NCBI GenBank assembly: GCA_964270895.1
Contig: OZ185436.1
Reading direction: 5' to 3' (one strand)
Length of the DNA stretch: 64,000 nucleotides
DNA from: Podarcis filfolensis
Lineage: Eukaryota
Part shown: positions 50,877 through 63,801 of the stretch, in pieces
Layout: each line of letters opens with the position of its first letter
Position numbering within the stretch: position 1 is the first letter of the stretch
Made by a program: the position numbers and the translations under genes
Notes under the pieces: model-generated
What the model was told of the DNA's origin: nothing
Seen by the model: only the letters and a program-made list of their open reading frames with translations
The model's database searches: none

Positions 50877-52219
50877 GTAACCAACATGCACAAACCTACT
50901 GTACATTGATTAAAACACTGCAAAAAAGGAAGCTTTATACATTGGACAATAGCATCAAAAGTCTTTGTTCCATTGTGATTTAATAAATGCAGAGATGTGC
51001 ATGTGTGCATCAGGACCCTGTAAGGGGGCGGGAAGAGATAAGACTTGAAAAGTGTGGCAAGATGAGTATTGTTCCAATGCTGAAGTTAATTTTAGAAAAT
51101 CTCCAAATTAAATCAGAGAACAGGTAGAGCAGAACATGGAGAGGAATCCAACCACAGAACAATAACAAAACTGAACAGTAAGCATCCGCTCATCCCTAGA
51201 AGGAATCTGTAAACAGAAGAGAGCAAGTAGAAACTGCAAGAAAATGTTGCACTGTGGAGCCTGCCTTCACCCAATCTTTCCCCACCCCCTCCTCCACAAC
51301 AGTCAGCCAGCATTCTGCAGCCACTGGATATACTCAATCCATAGTGGGCTGTCCCACTACCACACACACTTGGGGTGAATTCCTCTTAATTATTTTGTGC
51401 AAACCTCAAGAGTTTCCCCAAAACTACTGATACCTCCCACTTGGTAATGATTGGTGAGTTATGGTTACACAAGCAACAGAATTATGCTTGAACTTGGAAA
51501 TAGAAGAAATGGTGGCTAGAAACCTCTGTACACAAAAGTATTGCATACACAAGCACAAGCACAAAAAGGAGCTTGTATTCATTGAATGAATGCATGGAAT
51601 CTGTTTTTGGTGATTCCGTCACAAACTGCTCAAGAGTTTGTTAGTGAAGATCACAACTAGGTACATGGGGCTGATTGTGTGACTCTTTCTCACATGACCC
51701 ATTTCCCCCTTGGGATCACACTATTCCTTAAAAAAAAACCTATGATTAGCAAACAAGTACAGTACTGCACCCCCCCCAAACTGTAAAATAAATTAAAGGA
51801 TCTCCCCTACTAGAAGACAAATTTCCCACAAGGATTTTTGACACAGAAAACGAGCACAGAGAGGGATGGGGGGAAAAAGATTGTGTGATCAAGTTGCTTG
51901 TTTTTCCCACAGGAAGAGGGCTCCATCTAAAAATGCCCCTTAAATTGTTCAGTAATTAGTTGGCCATTGTTTTCAATGAACTGATATCTCCAGATTACCC
52001 AGACTTCCATCAATTTCAGGAAAGAAATCTTAGACAAGCATTTTGCAAAGGGAATGTATATATATAAATAGCTATGCTTTCTCTATTAGCAGAAAAAACG
52101 TAAGTACGGTCTTGGATTTGCATTTTTAATATTATTTATGCTTTATACATAATATAATATACAGCCTATATTGTGTGTTAGGGGAGGGTAGAACCTTAGG
52201 TAGTTTGTCCACTTTTGGT

Positions 52220-52800
52220 CCCCACCCTGCACTCAGGTCTCACCTGTGGCTCCTAGAAGCTATCAGCATGCAACAGTGGCCACACCCTGGGAAACAGTTG
52301 GACTGGCTAGCTAAACCAGGTGAGGGTAGCCAATGGGTCTCACACCCTCAGTGAGTTAGGGACTTCCCCAGCATGCAAAGACAGGCTCCAGTGGATTGAG
52401 TGGACAAGACCAATAGTGGACCCAATGGTCAAGAAGGTGATTACTGCACGTGCTGTAGAGGGAGATGAGGGGCAGATGGGAATTCTCAACTTGGGAAGTT
52501 GGCCATATAGGAGAAGGAAAACTCTAAACCTTCACTGCCTTGCAACTATCCTCGTTCATGAGAAAGGTTTGGGGAGTAAACCCTGGAGAAAATCTTTACC
52601 TGCTTCCTTGTGGGAGAAGAAAAGGCTAAGGAATTAACCCTACATAAATCTGGACTGGAGTCCCTAAGACAGTTGGATGGTGTCTTGTACGTCGCCTCCC
52701 AGCAACTCCTGTAGCCAAGCTGATGTCAAATGCATTGCTCTGCTTTCCGTTGGACAACACCAGCAAGGCTGAGATGAGGGTCTTGTTATCTTACACCTCA
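52220..52800 (+). mobile_element. Probable 5' region of an RTE-type LINE
   Basis: Resembles squamate RTE 5' UTR sequence from memory (ggagtccctaagacagttggatgg...cccagcaactcctgtagccaagctg). Not verified. Confidence 0.35.
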
Positions 52801-52911
52801 GAGAGGAGACACACTCTACTGTCTCTCAAGACAGATGGATAGCAACAACTGCACTATTCCTATGCAATCACTAATGATGTGAATATGCAGCTAGGGTCAG
52901 TTGCTCCACAC

Positions 52912-53047
52912 CAGGCTTCCTCAACCTCAGCCCTACAGATGTTTTTGGTCTACAACTCCCATGATTCCTAGCTAGCAGGACCAATGGCCAGGAATGATGG
53001 GAATTGTAGTCTCAAAACATCTGGAGGGCCGAGGTTGAGGAAGCCTG
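52912..53047. mobile_element. hAT-Charlie MITE
   Basis: Perfect 16-bp TIRs caggcttcctcaacct / aggttgaggaagcctg. Perfect 8-bp TSD ctccacac at 52904-52911 and 53048-53055. Related decayed copies at about 9655-9790, 26870-26995 and 37830-37920. Confidence 0.92.
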
Positions 53048-55789
53048 CTCCACACTGTTCTATGTGCATGAAGGGACTCTAGATCTGTGCTAAATTGGTG
53101 CAACTCCCCAGGTATTAGTCAACTGTGTCAGTTCAGACTTTTTATAGGGGATGAAAGATGGACTGCGCAAGTTAATTGTGGTATTTCCATGTACAAATCA
53201 TGTCAACGCTCGCTGGTGCAGATATACACAAAGAGCATTAGTCACATATGCAGCAAGGAACCGGGCATGTTTTGAAAGGCACATAGTTTCATTCTTCATC
53301 TTTGCCCGTGGCTTGTAGTCTAGTTGGAGAGTGTTATGCAGGTGTGTTAAGGCAGGTGAGCAAGTTAATCACTTCAACCCTGCAGAAATATAACTACCTA
53401 AATCAGTCTAATGGACAAGCTGCTCCCTGCAATCAATTTCCTAGGATTCTCTTTGTACTGAACTAGGCAGACTAAGAAACCTTCTCTTTGATACATCTGT
53501 AATTTGACTTAATCGGAAGTTGACCATCGTGGAAGAACATGCCTCTGTAAAAGATATATCTCCGTTGTAGGCAAGACAAATCCATCAGCGAAGGATTCAT
53601 TTAAGGTTAAATATAATCAGGAAAAGACACCTGTTTTTGAAGGCTTAACCAGAGTTTTACTTCTCCCCCTAAGGTCTGAGAGATCACACACAGACACAGA
53701 CGTGAACACACACATCAGCAAAACCAGCAATGCTGCAGGCAGTTCATTCTAAAAGTCGTAGCATGGGCTCAGCTCTACACTAACAAATCCCAGGCAGCAA
53801 GTCTGATATAATGACAGGATAGGATGACAACTTAAGAGGAACATGTGCGTGGGCAGGAATTAAACTTATTCCCAGACATACAGACTTGGCACTTAAGTCA
53901 TATGAGAAGAAGTTGGTGAAACAGTATAAAATTATCTAATTGTATTAGGAAAAGAGAACAAGTTATCTAATTCTTGTGTTGTGCTGCCAGAGATCCAGAT
54001 CAGAGCTTACGGTGTCAGAATTTGTCAGATGCTGAACAAGGTGGAAGAGAAACACAATTAGCTTGTGCCAAAAATAACAGAGTGAGGCAGATTTCTTCTT
54101 CTTCCTTTAATTCTTCTAATAAACAAGATTTCACCTTTTTCCAATCTGGGCATACATTGGTAGAAATATTCTAAAGAGAAATGGAAGCAGTCAGGGTCAT
54201 TCAACACCTGCAAAAAGAAGAAAATGCAACTGAAATGGCCCTACCTTTTCCATTTATAGGAGCAATGATGGCTGTTACAGCCTACCTGGGATCCCAGGCT
54301 TTGCCTTTGACCACATACTTTCCCTTTGACAAGTTCACTGACTGCTGGTTCATTAAGGGAACTTACCAGGTTCTGTATTGATGATATGGGAGGTTATCCC
54401 TCAGAGGATATAATAGATGACTCCACTTATTAGCCTGCAGCCACAAACCAGCCACCTACCTCTTTACAGCTGCTTTATTCCCTCTTCTGCACAATCCTAG
54501 TACCAAAGGATATGCACCCATGTACATCTATTGTCTAATTGCCTTGCCCTCTTCAGTGCCTTTGCAAGAAAGGCAGGCAGGGAGGCACTATGGGAGCTCG
54601 GATCCCCTCTTTTCCACCCAGAACCTGAGGACACACTCTTTGGCATTCTAACAGAAAGCTTTTTCCAAGGAGTGAGGAGAACTACTGTGACCAATGATTG
54701 TACATTTTCCTTGTAGGATATACACTCAACACTTAATTTCTAAAATGAGGGATGCAGAGACACACAGCGACACCTTCTGCCTTGGAAACCCTTCCTCCTA
54801 GTCCCAGGTGTGTGGGGCCATTAGTAAAGATCATACTCTAGCATCTTCCTATATGGAGAAATAGGCTGTGGGCCATTCTTCTGCCAGGGTGGATATTGAT
54901 CATATGTTCTCCAACAGCACTTGGCGAGTTGAGTGAGAAAACTTTTCATCATCAGACATGTCACTTTTGAATGTTGCTAATGTAATATAGCCAGCAAAAG
55001 GAAATCATTTCTAAATAATCCTGGCCTGTGTGTCTCCTTCGTCCAACACATAAATGTGGGGAATTTGCATACCAACTATAGTCTGCAATCCTATACCTAT
55101 GTATTTCTTTGAAGTATTTTTATCCCACCCTTCCATTGTGCTCCCAGGATTCAGTGGGACTTACTGCTATGAAAACATGTGCGTATTGCACTGTGCTGTT
55201 AGTGTCCTTTGTGAAAGCTATGCATCTCCGCTTGGATCCTACAACTGCTGAATATGGGCAGCATATTGTGCTGCAGCAACACCTGGTAAGGCAACTAGTA
55301 AGTAACCGGTTTCTGTACACTACAAAGATGAAAGCTATTTACTTCTAAGGAAATGCATAAGTAGCAAATGCTTTGCTTTACAGGCCATTCTCACTTAAAC
55401 AAAATAAAATTCCTTTCCAGAAGTGTTTCTGGCAGGAGGAAATCTTTAAGGTGACAGGGCTGCATTATTATGTGTTAAACTTTTCATGAGAGTTTTATAC
55501 CATTCAATGCTCTATGCAGTGTAATAATCTATGCCAAGATGTATTGGCTCTGGTATAAGTTATTTATGTTATCTCTATATGAAGTTGAGTGTGTATACAT
55601 TTTTATGTTATCTTTTTCTTTGAACATGATTGATTGTTTACCCCCCTTCTCCTCTCTGTTTGTAGAATTAATGTAATTTAGTTTATGTTTATACATTGAT
55701 AAAATTTGTTGCTAAGAGAGCACATTCCCTTGCTATATTGAGTGGTTTCCCTCCCAGAACCTAGACTAAAAAAAAAATAAAAATCATTA

Positions 55790-56161
55790 TGTGAAATATA
55801 CTCAGAGTCGCAAAGTGATTTCATGCTCTTTATTCAGCTCATAGTGGTGAGGAGGAATGAATGAATGTCCCCTCAAAGTATCTGCTTTATATACATTATT
55901 TACACAATGGGCTGCACATGATTGGCTAATTCCGGAATTCTACTGTAAGCCAATCAGGTTGTGGATTCACTTCTATCTGGAGCATGATTGGGTGGTTCCT
56001 GCCAACCAAGCATATTGCTGCATTGTTCTAGGACCAATCAGACTGCTGCATTCTGAATCCTATTGTTCTAGGACCAATCAGACTGCTGCCTTTTGGATCC
56101 TATTGTTCTAGGACCAATCAGACTGCTGCAGTTTGGATCCTATTCAACTCAGTACATAACA
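55790..56161 (-). mobile_element. Solo LTR with three 40-bp CCAAT-box tandem repeats
   Basis: The minus strand starts TGTTATG and ends TTTCACA. Tandem units at 56021-56140, TATATAAA at 55893-55886, AATAAA at 55834-55829. No perfect TSD. Confidence 0.7.
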
Positions 56162-56170
56162 TTATTATTT

Positions 56171-56480
56171 AGTTTAGTCTGGATACGAGGAAATGGAGAG
56201 GAGATATGATAGCCCCCTTCAAATATCTAAAGGGTTGCCACATGGGTAGGACTCAAACCAATGACTTCAAGTTACAAGAAAGGAGATTCCAACTAAACAT
56301 CAGGAAGACCTTTCTGATGGTAAGAGCTGTTTGACCGTGGAACAGACTCCCTTCTTCCTTGGAGGTTTTTAAGCAGAGGTTGGATGGCCATCTGACATGG
56401 ATACTTTAGCTGAGATTCTTGCATTGCAAGGGGTTGGACTAGATGACCCTCAGGGTTCCTTCCAACTCTATAATTCTCTA
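56171..56480 (+). mobile_element. Older CR1 3' fragment
   Basis: Diverged homologue of the CR1 3' end (gagatatgatagcc..ctaaacatcaggaag..gggttggactagatgacc..ttccaactcta). Shorter pieces at about 35965-36035 and 62920-62980. Confidence 0.8.
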
Positions 56481-59400
56481 TTATTTTTAAACTGTTGCCT
56501 CCAATGTCCCTTAGCACACAGACTGTTATTTTTATTTATTAAATTGATTAGTTGCTTTTTCTTGCAAAAGGCAACTCAAAGCGATTTACAAACAACCAAA
56601 CAGCCTCAAAAAGAACTCCACATAGATACATTAAAATCAGTGCCTTGAGGCCTTTTTCTGTGTTACAAGAGACTAACATGCTCAAATGGTGATGACGATT
56701 TAAAGCAATATGTCCTAAGCAAGCATGGTAGCAAATTATACCAAAAAAAAAAAAGGCAATGCTCTATTATTTTGGAAGTAATCACGGATAGTAATCGCAG
56801 ATATTTGGCACAAGTTGCCAAAGTGCAATCACTTTTAGGTCTCCCTGGTTTAAATGAGAAAATGAACTCTCCTGCCTACATCAGTTGGAACTTACAATTG
56901 TTCTGTTTTAGAAGAACCCTGCCCACTCTTAGTTCTGGTCCATCCAGGTTCTGATGGTAGTAAGTCTAATAAGAAAGCAATGCACACAGCCAATAAAAGA
57001 ACACTAACCCTGCTTGCCAAGGGACACGTCTATACCCAGATTAATTTACCCGGTGTGAATACAAATGATAGAAAAATGCCACTGGGAAATAAATGCAGTT
57101 TTATCATTGCTCCTGGGCCAACAAGCTCTTTTTGTGTGTAATTGCTTTATGATGGCACTTGCAATCTAAAAAAAAGCAACCCTAGAAGGCAATGGTCATT
57201 AGTGGAATACTACTGAAGGTCCAGACCAATAGGTCATGGGTAAATTGACAGTCATTCAAATTAGGAACCAAATAGCTCCACAAATGCTAGTATGTAAGGA
57301 AGGAAACACAAACCAAGAAGTAGAAAGAAGTCTAGAGAAGCCTTTTAATATATTGTTGCAAGAAGCACACAGGGCTAAGTAAAACCCCATGTTACATACT
57401 CCAGTTTCCCAGTAAATATGATTATTTTCTCTTCTGAACGTCACATAAAGAACTTTTGCCTCATTCCATGTTGATGGCCCTTGGAAAGTTTGTCTTACTA
57501 GGCTAGGCTAGCAGTAGCCTCGTGGTGATTTTAGTTTCACTCTTCCACCTGAAACATAAAGCACACACTTCTCTGAGCCATTCCTCACTGAACATGAACC
57601 TTATTCCTTTCAGTGTACAGCAGGCAAACACAGCAAAAAGAGTCTCGCTGTCTCTGGAGACCTGAACTGGTAATGGAAGGTGAGAAGCTGACAATAGCAC
57701 ACTTGTTTCAGTGGTTCTCCAGGGAACCTACAGAGAAAGCAGCTGCCAGAGGGCACCATCACTATATGTTGGCAACAGAGGGAATGTCACCAACTTACTG
57801 AAAGGTCCCCTAACTTACAAGGATTCGGGTTAGCAGCAGATCAGCTGTCCTGTTGAAGGGAGCTGTGACTGCAGAGGAGTTATGCAAGTTCCCACTTTGG
57901 ATGTCACAGAAACCCAAGTCACTTGCCATTTCTGTCTCCCCTTGTTCACTTCTGTGGCTCCCTTGGGATATGAACTTCCCTTGAACTGAGAACCACAAGC
58001 TTGTTCATTTGTTGTTGTTTGTTGCAGCAGCAGCAGGCAAACAGGGCTACCTCCCTGGAAACATGTGTCAAGTGATGCACACATTGGGGCAAAACCTCTG
58101 AGCTTCATATATACACCAGTTGTCAGGCTTGAGGAATCCTCTCCCTCCCCCTCATGGCACCAAGCGGCAGGGAGGAACAAGAAAGTTATTACGTATGATT
58201 TATTCAGCCATCATGGTATGAGACAAAGAATTCTGGTCATTCCTCCATAATGGAGTTGCTCGCACTGAACTCCTCCCCCTTCCCCCTTTAGCAGCAACAC
58301 TTGCTTCTACGGCGTCTGTCCATGGACCATTGTCTTTGTGCTCTTTCTTCTTGCACCCTTAACGAACGCCGCGTTTTGGGAGAAGGGTGTGTGTGTTGGT
58401 TATGTTGTCCAATGACGTGTCAGCTAGCTGCTCTGCCTCCCCTCCTCCTTCTCCTAACACTGCATAACTGTGCTGTTCTCCTGTCTCAGAGTTGCTATCT
58501 TCCTCAAAGCCCTGCTGTAATTCGATGCTACCTTTCTCCTCTCTGGAAGCTACAGGAGAAGGGGGGAGAGACCTCCACCATTCCTCCTCTTCTCCAGTCC
58601 AATCCTTGACACCATTGAGGACTGAGATGCTGGTGAGAGAGCTTGGGGGTCAATGGTGATTTGGTGCAGATATGGAACAAAGCCTTATCTCAGGTGCTTG
58701 ACTGGAGAGAAGTGTGTGTGCAATTGTCCTCATATCCTTGAGGTTTCAGTGGCCAACCAGTGTGGATTTCGGATAGGTGTTTCTTTTCTTCAAAATCAGG
58801 AGGCTGATATTGTTCTACAAGAATTGGACCTTCACTCAAACAACTCAGCAGCAATTGTTGTCCCCACATGTCTCTGTAAAATGGCATACCTGCTAAGTGC
58901 CCCGTTTGAAGCGGGACAGCCCTGCTTTCTTTCAAGGTGCCCTGGACTCTGCCTTCAACCCAGGGAGCCTGGATTTTGTGGGGTGGTCAAGGGCAAGAGC
59001 AAGAAGAGGTGGGATGGGTGGGTGGTTGAGGGTGTGAGGGAAGCAGCAGGGCAGGCGGGTGGGCAACGAGGGTGATGGGATGGTGGGGAGTTGGTGGTCT
59101 CCTGCTTTGCCCTCCTGAAATGTTGGTGGATATGAGATGGATATTTGACAATAATCTGTGTGGGTTTTACATGGTGACTTGCTTCTTGATGCCTAAGGGC
59201 CTAGGGCAGTTTTCAACCATTAAAACACAATATTAAGAAGCTTTAAACAATTTATAATCACAAAAATAAGGTGGTACCCTAAAAAAATATACATCTCAGC
59301 ACTGCATATGGGTATGTCTATTCAAGCTGTCTGAACACTGATATGCCTTCATCAACCCTGAACATGATCTCTAACACATCCAGTTCAAAAGGTGGATAGC

Positions 59401-61006
59401 CAGTTCACCTCTGGGCTCAGCCTAATCCTGAGCTACTGGAGAAACTGTATGTCTGGTTCAATTACAAGCAGGCCATTTGCTGGGGTGGAGAGCAAATAGC
59501 TCTGCTATTTGCCTATGAAGCACCCATTATAGTTGGTGCCAAAAGCTGACTAAAGTCAGTGTACAGAAGGCTCTCTTGATGGAACAAGATGAGAACTTAT
59601 TAAACTCCCTGTTTGCGGCTGTCAAATGTATTGTAATTAGGTGCAGGGAATCAGATAAATACATCATCCCAGACAAGCAGTTAAGATAGCACAATGAGGC
59701 AGAATGCTTTTAATCTGCAACAGGAAAGGGTTACAGAGTGTTCCCTCAATAGGCTACAAGGTGTTAAATATGTGAGAGAAGAGGATTTCTGACACATGGC
59801 AGCATGATGGCCTAAGCTGGTTCAGGAAGGCTTGTTTAAACCTGTGATACAAATGATACAATTGGTTTAAACAAACCCAATATACATTTCATGAGATGAT
59901 AGTGCTTAACATGTATTATATGCCTTCTACAAAACTGTCTCAAGGTGACAGTGCTAAAACATGCAAAGAATTAAAAACACAACCAATAGACAATAGTTCC
60001 AGAAACCTAGCAGTGTTAAAACCACACCATCATCCCCCATTATCTGCCCCTCAAAACTGTTACTGGAAAAATCTGAGGGCTCCCTTGGACAAAAACAAAG
60101 ACACCAACCAGGATAACTTGGAGCAAAACAGCAGCCTGTAGGCTTGGCCTTTATTGAACTGTTGCAACAGGGTATTCCCCTCACTTGCAGGAGAGAGGAA
60201 AGACACAGAAAAATGGTGTGCAAGACCTTATAAAAACTTTTGAAATTCCCATCCTGTAGGTCAAGCCCACCCCCAGAAACATCATGCATACATTACAGAA
60301 AGGAGGGGTTGAGGGAGGAGTTGTGGTGATAACCTGAGAGTCCTGTCACCTGGCTGATTCCCTTCTCCCCCTCCCCATGAGTCATTTTCAAAAGACAAAA
60401 GGTATTCGCAGTTTCCTGCCCCCTGAGGGAAGATCTGATCATTGTCCTTTGTTCCAGTCCATGCTGAATCCACTCCCATATGGAAGTTCTTTGTGATCTT
60501 GATTGTCTTCTGTCTAGGACCATCAGGGTTGGCATAGCAACTGGGCAGGGCTCCTGTGGATGTGCTGGGATGTTCAAGGGATTATGGCTGGCCTGTATCA
60601 AACCTTTCCCATTTTGTAGTCCTTCCTTCATGGAGTAAAATAAAAGTGGAACAGTGCAAATCCAATGTATGGTTGATTTTCTATGAATTTATAACAGAAG
60701 CATAGTGTATGTAGTGTGTGAGTGTGAGTGTGTGTGAAGTTTGTACAAACTGAATGATGGGGGGGGGGTTTCCTGCTACAAAACGTTTCCTGGGCCACAC
60801 TCTTCCCTGCAGTCCCACCCACCACTGCCATGCAACTTTCTAAACTTTGTCCATAAGTGAATGTGACCCTCAGTCTGAAAAAGATTCTCCCACCCCTGCA
60901 TTCGAATGTTGGACTAGAACCATGGAAACTGGTGTCAAAATCCCCACCCAGCTAAGAGGTTCACTGGGAGACACTGGACCAGCCACTGTCTCTCAACCTA
61001 AATCTA

Positions 61007-62191
61007 CTGGTAGATGAAGGGAACGCAGTGGATGTAGCCTACCTTGATTTCAGCAAGCCATTTGACAAGGTGCCCCATGATATTCTTGTAAAGAAGCTGG
61101 TAAAATGCGGTCTTGACTATGCTACCACTCAGTGGATTTGTAACTGGCTGACTGACCGAACCCAAAGGGTGCTCATCAATGGTTCCTCTTCATCCTGGAG
61201 AAGAGTGACTAGTGGGGTGCCACAGGGTTCTGTCTTGGGCCCGGTCTTATTCAACATCTTTATCAACGACTTGGATGATGGACTCAAGGGCATCCTGATC
61301 AAATTTGCAGATGACACCAAGCTGGGAGGGGTGGCTAACACCCCAGAGGACAGGATCACACTTCAAAACGACCTTGACAGATTAGAGAACTGGGCCAAAA
61401 CAAACAAGATGAATTTTAACAGGGAGAAATGTAAAGTATTGCACTTGGGCAAAAAAAATGAGAGGCACAAATACAAGATGGGTGACACCTGGCTTGAGAG
61501 CAGTACATGTGAAAAGGATCTAGGAGTCTTGGTTGACCACAAACTTGACATGAGCCAACAGTGTGACGCAGCAGCTAAAAAAGCCAATGCAATTCTGGGC
61601 TGCATCAATAGGAGTATAGCATCTAGATCAAGGGAAGTAATAGTGCCACTGTATTCTGCTCGGGTCAGACCGCACCTGGAGTACTGTGTCCAGTTCTGGG
61701 CACCACAGTTCAAGAAGGACACTGACAAACTGGAACGTGTCCAGAGGAGGGAACCAAAATGGTCAAAGGCCTGGAAACGATGCCTTACGAGGAACGGCTA
61801 AGGGAGCTGGGCATGTTTAGCCTGGAGAAGAGCAGGTTAAGGGGTGATATGATAGCCATGTTCAAATATATAAAAGGATGTCACATAGAGGAGGGAGAAA
61901 GGTTGTTTTCTGCTGCTCCAGAGAAGCGGACACGGAGCAATGGATCCAAACTACAAGAAAGAAGATTCCACCTAAACATTAGGAAGAACTTCCTGACAGT
62001 AAGAGCTTTTCGACAGTGGAATTTGCTGCCAAGGAGTGTGGTGGAGTCTCCTTCTTTGGAGGTCTTTAAGCAGAGGCTTGACAACCATATGTCAGGAGTG
62101 CTCTGATGGTGTTTCCTGCTTGGCAGGGGGTTGGACTCGATGGCCCTTGTGGTCTCTTCCAACTCTATGATTCTATGATTCTATGATTCTA
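61007..62191 (+). mobile_element. 5'-truncated young CR1 LINE with reverse-transcriptase fragment
   Basis: ORF 61028-61801 contains [29 protein letters not shown] and KFADDTKL. A 1-bp frameshift near 61751 moves the frame into 61759-62106. 3' UTR and (ATTCTATG)n tail are present. Confidence 0.96.
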
Positions 62192-62427
62192 CTTCAAAGG
62201 GTTGTTGTGTGGATAAAATAGGGAGGGGAAAACCATATAAGCCAGCTTGCTCTCCTTGGAAGAATGGTGTGGTATAAATGTAAATAACAAATAAATACAT
62301 TGCCCAGTGGTTCAAATCATATTCATATACCCCTTAACTGCCTCAATTAAATCAGGACATCCTGTTTTGGGGCTCCATACTCTCTTATGGGTCACATAAG
62401 TGTGGTCCAAAAGACACGCATCCCAGT

Positions 62428-62648
62428 TTAGTAGTTCGAAAGCACATCAAAGTGCAAGTAGATAAATAGGTACCGCTCCGGCAGGAAGGTAAACGGCGTT
62501 TCCGTGTGCTGCTCTGGTTCGCCAGAAGCGGCTTAGTCATGCTGGCCACATGACCTGGAAGCTGTCTGCGGACAAACGCTGGCTCCCTTGGCCTATAGAG
62601 CGAGATGAGTGAGCAACCACAGAGTCAGGGGTCCCTTTACCTTTACCT
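62428..62648 (+). mobile_element. 5'-truncated Sauria SINE
   Basis: Runs from agttcgaaagcac to ggggtccctttacctttacc, homologous to the 3' two-thirds of 13024-13377. Confidence 0.88.
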
Positions 62649-63708
62649 TCTTATGGGTCATGTGACTCACCTGGAAGTGTGGTCCAAAAGTCACGCATCC
62701 TGGACATGTTGGAGAGTTTGTATTAATGGCTTGGTCCTCAATGTTCAAGGCTAAGTTGGAAGCTGCATGTCAGCAGCTGTATACATTTTACATAAATGAA
62801 CCCTGCTTGTTTGTTTTTAAATCATGTGTCTAAGAGGAATATGCATCCTTCATAAAAGCTAGCCTTAAATACCCAATGATGATAACGACAGGGTGGTAGA
62901 AGAATGCAGGGTATTTGCATAGCAGGGTGTTGGACTAGATGACACTTTGGATCCCTCCCAACTGTACAATACTTTGATTCTAAGAAGAGTCAAGGCGTCC
63001 AAATATATAATAAGGAAAGAAGCAAAGGAATTAGAGACAACATGAGAAGAGGAGGAGGAGGAGGAGAGCGAGAGACATAGCTTACTGGGTGAGTTATTTC
63101 TCCCTTCATCAGAGAAATATCTGAAAAATTAAGAAGTATTTTTAGTGTGCTGTAAAATTACTCTGGCTTTGCTGGAAATAATGGAAACAAAATCCAGTGA
63201 AAAGATTTGTGTATCTGAATAAGCAGATCAATTTTATTTTATTTTTTAAAAAACAATGTTGATACACTCTAGAATTAGCCACAAACCAAACCCGCAGAGC
63301 TCCTTTTCATGATCTATGGCATATACTCAAAAGCCAATGGAGCAAGAAATCCAGCAATGGGGGAAAGGCACTTTCTCTCCCCCCTCTGCCCACCCTCTCT
63401 CTCACTCTCACACATGCATCAGGAATGCCTAAATCCATATTCATTTAGCATGGTAGCAAATCCCATCAGCAGGACACTGCAGTGGAGAAATGAGATGGTT
63501 GCATAGAAGCAATCAGGGCACAACTGAGCAGCTCCCATGTGGCCCAAAGCAGGCAGGAAAACCTTCCCTGTGCTTGCCTTGAGGTCCCAGGAATCAGCAC
63601 GGCTGTGACTGTACGACGGAATGAGGTGGCATCTATAATGTGGCTACTTGAGCAAGATCTTGAAGAAACCCAATGTTCCTTGTTCTTCCTTGCTCCTTTT
63701 AAATCTAG

Positions 63709-63801
63709 GTCGCACAGTTGCAAATGTAAACCAATCCTCAGGGAAGAAACGGCTATTGGTTGGCTGCAAGCCATGATGGACTGTGTACGACCCACAATAT
63801 T
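63709..63801 (+). CDS. Candidate 93-nt exon of an unidentified gene, either (R)SHSCKCKPILREETAIGWLQAMMDCVRPTI(x) or UTR plus start MMDCVRPTI
   Basis: Long pyrimidine tract ttccttgttcttccttgctccttttaaatctAG, donor TT|GTAAGT, open symmetric phase-2 frame, Kozak-like gccATGATGG. No family recognised. Confidence 0.4.

Noticed and set aside
56021-56140. CRISPR-like array
   Set aside because: These are near-identical 40-bp tandem units without unique spacers, inside a vertebrate LTR.
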